Shown in pieces: positions 56,516 to 64,000 of a DNA stretch of 64,000 nt. This stretch comes from an uncultured Bacteroidota bacterium (lineage in GTDB: Bacteria; Bacteroidota; Rhodothermia; Rhodothermales; DATKEJ01), in contig CAVYJC010000002.1 in the NCBI GenBank assembly GCA_963768715.1, forward strand, positions 272,529-336,528, given 5' to 3'. Made by a program: the position numbers and the translations under genes. Each line of letters opens with the position of its first letter. Position 1 is the first letter of the stretch. Below the pieces are notes generated by a model. That model saw nothing but the letters and a program-made list of their open reading frames with translations. It searched no databases and was not told where the DNA came from.

Positions 56516-57930
56516 ATGCTGCTCACGCTTGCAGTGGTCTCCCTACTCCTGACCTCCTGCAATAACGGATATAAATCGCCGTCGTTGCCCCAAGCGCTGA
56601 TCACACTCCCCAACTTCGCACACCTGGATCACCTGGGCGAAACCGTCCAATCCGATGAGCCGGTGCGCATCATCCACATCTACGCCGATGCTCCCGATTA
56701 CGACTGGGTCGGAGACGACGACGAGGGCATCGCATGCGTCGACGACGCGGCGCGCGCAGCCGTTGTGTACCTGCGGGACACCCAGCTGAACGGGAATCCG
56801 GAACACCGGGAGACGGCCGAAGCCCTGCTGCGGTTTATCCTCGGCATGCAGGCGGAATCGGGCCTGTTCTATAATTTCGTGCTGGACGACCATCTGACCA
56901 TCAACCGTACCCATCGCACGAGCCGCGCCGACTCCCTTGACTGGTGGACCGCCCGCGCCGTCTGGGCGCTCGGAGTCGGAGCCCGTGTCCTGAAGACGTC
57001 CGATCCGTCAGCTCAGCGAAGCCGCCCGCTCGGCCATCGAGCAAACCTATCCCCATTTGGAGGAACGGCTGGCTAATTACGGCAAGACCCGTCAACGCAA
57101 CGGTCGTGAATGTACCGACCTGGCTCGTCCACGAAACGGCCGCCGATGCGACCAGTGAACTCCTTCTCGGACTCCATGCCCTCAACCAGGCGTATCCGGA
57201 TTCCGCTCTGTCCGACATGATCGAAAAGTTCGCGGACGGCATCGCCCGGATGCAGTGGGGCAGCATGACACACTTCCCCTGGTCGGCCCACGCGTCGTGG
57301 ATCGACGACTGGCACGGCTGGGGCAATTCGCAAACGCAGGCCCTGTCCGAACTTGGCAAGCTCGAAACAGCTGTCGCCGAAGCAGAGCAATTCTATCCCC
57401 GCCTGCTCATCGAGGGGTGGATGCACTCCTTCAATCTGGACGACTCGACGAGCGTCAGGAACTACGAACAGATCGCTTACGCCGTAAGGTGCGTGGCCGT
57501 CGGCCTCGTTCGCCTTTACGAAGCGACCGGGGACGAGCGATATGCCGTGATGGCGGGACTCGCAGCCAGTTGGTTCTCGGGCAACAACGTGGCGGAATTC
57601 GCCATGTACGACCCGATGACCGGCCGTGGCTATGACGGCATCGACAGTGCTTCCCATGTCAACCTTAATGCCGGCGCCGAATCGACGATCGAGGCCCTCT
57701 ACACCATGGTAGAGATCGATCATATTCCAAAAGCAAGGCTCTGGGCAAATGCCGTAGGAGCGCCGCCTGAGTCTATCGAATACGACGGAAAGAATTACCG
57801 CTACCGCGTTTTTACGACGCATTCTGGCCAATCAGAAAAGACGATGGCATTGGTCATGAACCTGGCGGACGAGAAGCTCGAGTTGCTTTTCGGTCACGAA
57901 CTGGAAGTATTTTTGACTGGGCGAGACTGA
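56516..57930 (+). CDS. Lipoprotein of unknown function (helical, glycosidase-accessory-like), interrupted by two frameshifts (~57000 and C-run 57088-57090)
   Basis: ATG at 56516 with lipobox MLLTLAVVSLLLTSCNNG. The reading passes from ORF 56417..57076 through a short middle frame (RQLSEAARSAIEQTYPHLEERLANYGKT) into ORF 56944..57930. Sits directly upstream of the GH130 genes (stop 57930, next start 57932). Confidence 0.6.
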
Positions 57931-57931
57931 A

Positions 57932-58930
57932 ATGGATCTTTTTCAGAGGCATGACGAACCGGTATTGTGGCCACGAGACGACGTTGCATGGGCATCAGGG
58001 GCGGTATTTAATCCCGGCGCCTGGTACGAGGACGAAGTCGTCCACATGGCCTTCCGCGCCGTACCGAACGGCTACAACACCATCATGGTCGTCGAAGAAG
58101 GAGACGAGCAGCCGCGGCGAGGTTTCGTCGACTACATCTCGAGCATCGGATATGCGAGCAGTCGCGACGGAGTCCATTTCGACTGGAAACCGCGTCCACT
58201 GATCGGCCCCGATTCACCCGCCGACATATACGGTGCAGAGGATCCGCGGATCTCCAAAATCGGAGACGTCTTCCTCATCACGTACACCGCCCTGAGCCAA
58301 CCGGCATTCGGCGGCGACCGCGACGGAGTGCGCATCGGGCTGGCCAGTACCAAGGACTTCGAAACGGTGACACGTCACGGGGTGATCGGACCCGACAGGA
58401 GAGATAAAGACGCGGTCATATTTCCGTCTAAATTCGACGGCCGTATCGCGATGCTCCACCGAATCTTTCCCGATATCCAGGTAGCCTGGTTTGCAGGCAT
58501 CGACGAGCTGTGTCATCCCCCGAACGACTTCTGGCCGAAATACATCGAGCGCCTCGCCGATGCCATCGTGATGAGTCCCGAACAGGACTGGGAGGAAAAG
58601 AAGATCGGGATGGGTCCGACGCCGATCGAGACGCCCGAGGGATGGCTGCTGATCTACCACGGGGTTGATCGCGAACACGTCTATCGTGTGGGCCTGGCGC
58701 TGCTCGACCTCGAGGATCCCACACGAATCATTGCGCGAACGAAGTCCCCAGTGTTTGAACCCGAAACCGACTACGAACTCATCGGCGACGTCAATAACGT
58801 CGTCTTTCCTGAGGGCGCGGTCGTGATCGACGACGTGCTGCACATGTACTACGGGGCGGCAGACAGAGTGATCGGCCTCGCAAAGGCGAATATGTCGGAT
58901 GTACTCGCAGAAGTACTGGGGAAACGATGA
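57932..58930 (+). CDS. Glycoside hydrolase family 130 (beta-mannoside phosphorylase/hydrolase family) protein
   Basis: 332 aa. GH130-like blocks FNPGAWYEDEVVHMAFRAV, GAEDPRISKIGDVFLITYTA, DKDAVIFPSKFDGRIAMLHR, GWLLIYHGVD...YRVGLALLDLEDP, LHMYYGAADRVIGLA. Confidence 0.75.
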   Translation: MDLFQRHDEPVLWPRDDVAWASGAVFNPGAWYEDEVVHMAFRAVPNGYNTIMVVEEGDEQPRRGFVDYISSIGYASSRDGVHFDWKPRPLIGPDSPADIYGAEDPRISKIGDVFLITYTALSQPAFGGDRDGVRIGLASTKDFETVTRHGVIGPDRRDKDAVIFPSKFDGRIAMLHRIFPDIQVAWFAGIDELCHPPNDFWPKYIERLADAIVMSPEQDWEEKKIGMGPTPIETPEGWLLIYHGVDREHVYRVGLALLDLEDPTRIIARTKSPVFEPETDYELIGDVNNVVFPEGAVVIDDVLHMYYGAADRVIGLAKANMSDVLAEVLGKR

Positions 58931-60021
58931 GTCTACGGTCCATAACCGACGGTCCGGCTGTCAAGGTCGAGCGTCTCAACGATGGAAACCCCGTTCTCGA
59001 GGCGATGCCCGAGAATGATTGGGAAAGCCGGGTCGTTCTCAACCCTGCAGCAGTACTCCTACCTGCCGACCCAAGGTTGGACGGTCTCATGGACGCCTGG
59101 TCACTCGACGGCGACCAGAAGCAGATACTGGACTGGGCCGACGGGGCCTGTGTCATGATATATCGTGCTCAAGGCCCGATTCCCGAAGACTCAGACGTCG
59201 CCCCATCGAGTCTGGGATTGGCCGTTCTCACGCCCGATCTGGAACTGGTGAAGAGGTGGCCGACCCCGATCGTGTCCCCGGATGAGAACTTTCACAACCT
59301 CGGCGTCGAGGATCCGCGCATCACGTGGGCCGACGGGGCCTGGCACATGTACTACGCAGGTTATTCGGGTGATCCTCGCGCCGGAGTACCGAATCGGCGC
59401 ATCCAGATCTGCCATGCAGAGACTGCCGATTTTATCAACTGGTCGCTCAGCGGTCCGATCACAGGACGGCTGAACAGCGTTCCCAACAAGAACGCGGCTC
59501 TCCTTCCCTCTCCCGTGCGGGACCGGTGGATCCTGCTCCATCGGCCCATGGAAGGCCCGGATGCAATGGCCATTCATCTGGCCGCGAGTGAGTCACCGGC
59601 CGGCCCGTGGGAACCGGCGGGCGTTCTATTCAAATCGTACGTATATCAGGAGTTCGAGCGTTCATGGGTCGGAGCCGGCGGACCACCGATCCATCTGGAT
59701 GGGAATCGTTTCCTCATGATTTACCATCAGGGACATTTCGATAAGAATGGCCGGCGCGAATACGATCTGGCCGCCGCGCTGCTGGATCTCGATGAGGACG
59801 ATCCCGTTATGAGCCGAATCGAGCCCTTGATGCGGCCGACCGGCGATCTTGAGCGGTCGGGTGATCCCGAAGTAGGCGTCGACAACGTGCTTTTCACGTG
59901 CGCCAACTACGTATTCGGAGATGACCTGATCATTCCCTACGCCGGCGCCGACAGCCGGATCTTCGGTGCGTCGGTCCCTGTCGACGATCTACTTTCGGAA
60001 CTCGATCGTCACGCGGGCTGA
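58927..60021 (+). CDS. Second GH130-family protein
   Basis: 364 aa with a 4-bp overlap with the previous gene. LNPAAVLL, GVEDPRITWADGAWHMYYAGYS, NKNAALLPSPVRDRWILLHRP, FLMIYHQG...YDLAAALLDLDEDDP, LIIPYAGADSRIFGA. Confidence 0.7.
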   Translation: MSLRSITDGPAVKVERLNDGNPVLEAMPENDWESRVVLNPAAVLLPADPRLDGLMDAWSLDGDQKQILDWADGACVMIYRAQGPIPEDSDVAPSSLGLAVLTPDLELVKRWPTPIVSPDENFHNLGVEDPRITWADGAWHMYYAGYSGDPRAGVPNRRIQICHAETADFINWSLSGPITGRLNSVPNKNAALLPSPVRDRWILLHRPMEGPDAMAIHLAASESPAGPWEPAGVLFKSYVYQEFERSWVGAGGPPIHLDGNRFLMIYHQGHFDKNGRREYDLAAALLDLDEDDPVMSRIEPLMRPTGDLERSGDPEVGVDNVLFTCANYVFGDDLIIPYAGADSRIFGASVPVDDLLSELDRHAG

Positions 60022-62490
60022 CCCGCTGCCAAGTGACGTACGAACTGTAGTCCGCTGGATACCGTCCCCGAGATCACTGCTCGACTTGTCTCGAATGACA
60101 ACGCCGGCCCCCGACGCTTTGACACGCCGGATTTGGGTGGGACTGATGACCTGAACGGTCGCCGTACCGTCCGAAGCTCCACGCAGATCGATATCGAGTC
60201 TCCGCCGCTTGGCATCGTAGGAGACGCCTTCGACGATGGCGTCCACTCGCTCGAGATAGGGCATATCCGGCCGTCCCCGAACCAGGTTGATGTCGGATGC
60301 TGGTCCCACGATCACGGCCGAGTACTGACGTTCGCCATCCGCCGATATTTCCTTGAAATACGGCCCGCTTCCGCTCCATTGTACGTGAGCCGAACGTCCC
60401 GCAACCGTTACGTCGTACGACGCATCCTCGAATCCGTGCGGAAGGTTCGCGTCGAAACGGATGTTCCATTCGTTCTCCCTCACGCCGCCAAGCTTGTAGA
60501 GAACCGACAAATACCATCCCCCCGCCCAGAGAAACGTGGTTTTGTCGAGTTCGCCGTACGCCGGCGAGTCCTTGTCGGTGCGGCGGTACTCGTACAATGC
60601 CGGCTGTCCACCCGGACTGTTCGCAATCCCATCCAGCGTATAGAACTTGCGGATGGCGGCAAGCGCACTGTCGGGTTCGTTGGATGCGAGGAGCGCCATG
60701 GCATACCAGGCATTGCCATGAGGCCACACGCCTCCGTTGATGTAACGACCGGGGAGTCCGGCCTCCAGCCCGATGAATCGGTAGCGCTCGATCAGTTCGT
60801 TGAAATCAGTCGGGACGACGGTCCGCAAACCGATTTCCGGATCCAAGAGCTTCGTTCGGGCCGTTTCCAACATGACCTGTTTTTTCTCGTCATCGATTTG
60901 ATCGAACACGGCCGCGAGCAGCGAGCCCATGTACAGGTGGTGATCGACCTCGCCGTTGTCGAGCTCGCTCAGCAGGAAGCCGGCCTTGTCGTCCCATAGC
61001 CGCGTCACCATATTCTCCTGCAGCTGGTCTGCAAGCGCCATGTACTCAGACAGGCGTGGCTCCTGCCTGTGGAGAACGGCCGTCAGGAAGCCGAACGTGC
61101 GGATCGCGCGAATGGTCAAGATGGTCAGGTAGGCCTTGGGTCCGTACACGTCGCCGATGTCCCACCAGTCCGGCTCCGAACCCTGCATGATCCCGTCCTT
61201 GTAGTTCTCGAGCATCAACTCGAGGCTCTTGGAGACCATTGGGTAGAGGCGGGCGACGAGCGCCGTATCGGCACTGTGCCGGAGGTAGGACCCCGTCAGC
61301 AGGATGAACCACAGGTGGTTCCAGTTGTCGCTTCCGGCCATCTCGCTGACGTACTTCCCGTCCCGCCAGTAGCGGGCGTGGGTGAGCACGTGGTCGCCTG
61401 TGTCGAAATGAAGGATATAGCGCAGATCATCCCGGACGGTCTTGGGATCAAACTGAACCACGCCCCGATCGGTCAGCAGCAGGTCGTGCGTGAAGAAGAA
61501 GTTGTATTGGGCGGGGCACGGCATCGGCACGATATGCCCTTCGAGCGGGTGCCGGTTGGCCTGCTGGATGGCCTTCGACCAGCGAGCCGTTTCGACCAAC
61601 GCGGAGTCATCGACAGAGAACGTCGAGGCGTCGACGAAGTCGGCCACGCGCTGTTCGAACGCGTTGACATCGTCGCGCCAGCTGCGTGCGAGCGCGCTGG
61701 ACGATATCTGTAACTTGCTGTCTCCGACTCGAGCCGATGATCTGGATGACCTGGAGTGTATCTCCCGGATCCAATTGTTTCGAATACACAAACTCGGCAG
61801 ACGGATCCTTGACCAGCCCCGCCATGTCCCCGGTCGCTTCCGGCATCACTCCGAAGTTTGCGACGAACACCGTCGCGGAATCGGTGTCCGCCGCATCGAA
61901 ATCCGCCCGGTAGGCTGAACCATCGTCTGAATAGCGCACGCTTGCGGAGTCGCGCCACGTGTAAGCATGTGACGTCCGCAGCGTCGTTTCGAGACCGGTC
62001 GACAACATCACGTCGAGCGGATGATCGGAAACGTTGGTCACATCGACTTGGAGGATCATCACGGGAAGCGTCTCACCGAAGCGGTAGCTGACCTTCACCT
62101 CGTGCGTGGGAGCCACTCCGGTATATTCTACATTCGCCGGCGTCCATTCGTACGGGAGCGAGGCCCGACTCAGGTCTTCATGTCTTCCGTCGACGGTCAG
62201 GTAGAGATACAACGGCATGGACTGATCGCGCTCCCAGTAGTCGGTGCTGAGATCGATGCTGTTGGCAACAGGATAGTAGAAGCTGATCCGGGACGGCGCC
62301 GGACGGCTGTGGTGGAACTCGAGACCGACGAAAGGTCCGCCCACCTGGAGCTGGCCCTGGAGGCCGTCGTAGGTCTTCGTGAGATCCGCGAGCGGCGAGG
62401 AAGGATTTTGGGCGTGGACGGCGTCGACGGTACAGGACAGAACAGACAGCAGACAGCAGACAGCAGACAGTAGGAATCGAGAGCAGACAT
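59989..62490 (-). CDS. (alpha/alpha)6-barrel glycosidase-like protein (amylo-alpha-1,6-glucosidase/GDE_C-like catalytic domain), with a frameshift at ~61725-61735 and its ATG out of frame across a heptamer repeat
   Basis: ORFs 59989..61791 (INGGVWPHGNAWYAMALL, FLWAGGWYLSVLYKLGG) and 61607..62344 (beta-sandwich N-domain). The upstream frame reads ...LLSAVCCLLSVLSCTVDAVHAQNPSS (signal-peptide-like) but has no start. The ATG at 62490 is in another frame (MSALDSYCLLSAVCCLFCPVP...). Confidence 0.65.
62443..62470. repeat. Four perfect tandem heptamers CAGACAG (CTGTCTG on the coding strand) inside the signal-peptide coding region of the gene above
   Basis: cagacag x4 read directly from the sequence, flanked by degenerate copies (acaggacagaa). 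Confidence 0.95.
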
Positions 62491-62729
62491 CAGACGTCAG
62501 AGGGCAGATGTTGAGTTGGGAGGGATGACTGTGAACGGAGGCACTCCGTTGAAGTTGAAGGGGGTTGGTTCCGGTGGGAATTTACGTCGGAGAGAGTCAG
62601 GATCGGCGTATTCATTTTGCGGGGTATCTTGCAGTCGGACAAGTCAGTCGCCCGGACGTCGACAGGGATGCATCCCGCAGCGGGCATCTTCGATCGCCGG
62701 CCAACAGGTGGAAACCCTCCCGGTCGTCG

Positions 62730-63983
62730 CTATCGATCTAAGATGAGGGTGACGGGCGTCGTGACCTGACGATTTCCGTCGAAGACCCGCAGCAGATAGA
62801 GGCCTGATCCGATTGCGGAACGCGGGAGCTCCAAGCGCACGGCACCACTGACATCCATCCACTCGGACTGGCTCATCACGGACCGCCCGCCGACGTCGAA
62901 GAGTTCGACGTGTTTCCAGCCGGGAGCCGGCCAATGATATTCGAGGACGAGGCGACCGGCGGCGGGATTGGGAAACACGCTTAGCGAACCGGCCGTCTCC
63001 GGCAAAGCGGGCTCGCGGCGCGTGACGGTGCTTGGCTGGTACCTGGCAACGTAGACATCCTCTGGATCCTCCGGACCTTGAGCCCATCCGACGATCACAT
63101 AATTCCCATCGCTATCGAGCTGAATCGCCTCGCCTGCACTGTTCGGCACGTCCGAAACGACTTCCCACAGGATCTCGCCGCCGGCATTCGCTTTAACAAG
63201 ATAGAGGCGCTCGTTGGAACCCCCGGCTGCCGTCTCGCCCGCAAGAACGTATCCACCGTCACCGTCAATCGTCACGGCGCTGCCCTCGTCCCGACCTGGT
63301 CCGCCGGCATACAATTCCCAGAGCAGCTCGCCCGTCTCGGAAATCTTGGCCGCGTAGAGATCACCGCCGCCCGCCTGGGTGTGTCCGACGCCGGTCACGA
63401 CATAGTTTCCTTCCGGATCCTCGACGATGTCGTCAAGATGCTCGATGTACCCGCCGCCAAAGGTGAGGGACCACTCGCGTGCTCCCTGGTCGTCGACCTT
63501 GAGAAGATGTCCACTCCGGTCTCCAAGCGGCGTCGACTCAAATCCTGCGAGAACGAGTCCTCCGTTGATAGGCGCGACTGCCAGTGTGCCGATCCAGAAG
63601 GCCAGCTCATCCTCGTATGTCGCGCTGCGCACGCTGTCGCCGGCTGCCGATAGATACAGGAGCCCCGGAATGGATGTCGGAGGAGATCCTGCAGCGGCGC
63701 CGCTGTTCGTTCCGAAAACGATCTCCCCCGAGGAAGGGAGGACGATCCCGGGCGTGAGGTAGTAGACGCCGGGAATGGACTTGATCCATAGCAGTGCACC
63801 GGCCGAGTCGATCCTTGCAATCTGTCCCTCCTCTTCGCCCGAGACGATGTAACCAAAGAGCAGGTAGTCGCCATCACCTACGGGGACGATGTCGTGGGCG
63901 CTCGATTTGGGATCTCCGACGTAGCTTCGTCCAAGCTCTTCTCCCGCTCGATCCAGTTCGAGAAGCAGGATCCGGGACTCCAT
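62730..63983 (-). CDS. T9SS-secreted beta-propeller-repeat protein (SBBP-like repeats); the N-terminus possibly lies beyond the window
   Basis: Repeats of the type DGDYLLFGYI, EGNYVVTGVG, DGGYVLAGET, DGNYVIVGWA. CTD LSVFPNPAAGRLVLEYHW...GLYLLRVFDGNRQVTTPVTLILDR. No signal peptide follows the listed M, and the frame stays open to the window edge. Confidence 0.7.
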   Translation of the reverse strand: MESRILLLELDRAGEELGRSYVGDPKSSAHDIVPVGDGDYLLFGYIVSGEEEGQIARIDSAGALLWIKSIPGVYYLTPGIVLPSSGEIVFGTNSGAAAGSPPTSIPGLLYLSAAGDSVRSATYEDELAFWIGTLAVAPINGGLVLAGFESTPLGDRSGHLLKVDDQGAREWSLTFGGGYIEHLDDIVEDPEGNYVVTGVGHTQAGGGDLYAAKISETGELLWELYAGGPGRDEGSAVTIDGDGGYVLAGETAAGGSNERLYLVKANAGGEILWEVVSDVPNSAGEAIQLDSDGNYVIVGWAQGPEDPEDVYVARYQPSTVTRREPALPETAGSLSVFPNPAAGRLVLEYHWPAPGWKHVELFDVGGRSVMSQSEWMDVSGAVRLELPRSAIGSGLYLLRVFDGNRQVTTPVTLILDR

Positions 63984-64000
63984 CGTGCCCCAATCTGTGG

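Noticed and set aside
1-64000. Looked for rRNA, tRNA, tmRNA, RNase P, riboswitch-like leaders, integrases and transposases in all intergenic regions over 100 nt.
   Set aside because: I could recognise no cloverleaf-compatible segments or conserved rRNA/ncRNA signatures by eye, and no recombinase-like ORFs. A covariance-model scan (Infernal/Rfam, tRNAscan-SE) would be needed to exclude small RNAs formally.

Overview
High-GC bacterial chromosome segment. SusC/SusD, PorV-like barrels and eleven proteins ending in T9SS C-terminal sorting domains (YPNPFNP...LLK type) point to an FCB-superphylum organism. Clear Shine-Dalgarno sites (AAGGAGG, GGAGG 5-6 nt before starts) suggest a Rhodothermota/Balneolota-like lineage rather than classical Bacteroidia; this taxonomy is inference only. 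The window holds two glycan-utilisation loci separated by an accessory, repeat-rich zone. Locus A (296-25231, minus strand) carries SusC/SusD, GH97, a CUT1-type ABC importer, a three-gene outer-membrane triad (TonB-dependent receptor, ~1200-aa T9SS-cargo protein, PorV-like barrel), a T9SS protein with an internally duplicated module, and a GH13 enzyme. Locus B (41429-62490) carries a LacI regulator, a second internally duplicated T9SS protein, a second inverted paralogous triad, a second ABC importer, two GH130 enzymes, an unknown lipoprotein and a convergent (alpha/alpha)6-type glycosidase. The middle zone (25.2-41.3 kb) holds three tandem paralogues of an FN3-like T9SS protein in increasing states of decay. 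It also holds gene fragments (AraC tail, NHL/ScyD-like propeller), a 269-bp element bounded by perfect 19-bp inverted repeats, a 112/113-bp tandem repeat, a TPM-domain protein, a 12-blade YWTD propeller and an Ig-like T9SS protein. Two window-wide peculiarities stand out. First, at least 14 intergenic tracts are built from tandem heptanucleotides, each tract with its own unit; one lies inside a signal-peptide coding region and puts the ATG out of frame. Second, at least 15 frameshifts interrupt otherwise well-conserved genes, and every junction localised to a run lies at a 3-5-nt homopolymer, so sequence error versus real pseudogenisation cannot be separated from the sequence alone. No rRNA, tRNA, CRISPR array, transposase or integrase was recognised. 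The most interesting candidate for an undescribed system is the duplicated TBDR / giant T9SS cargo / PorV-like triad.
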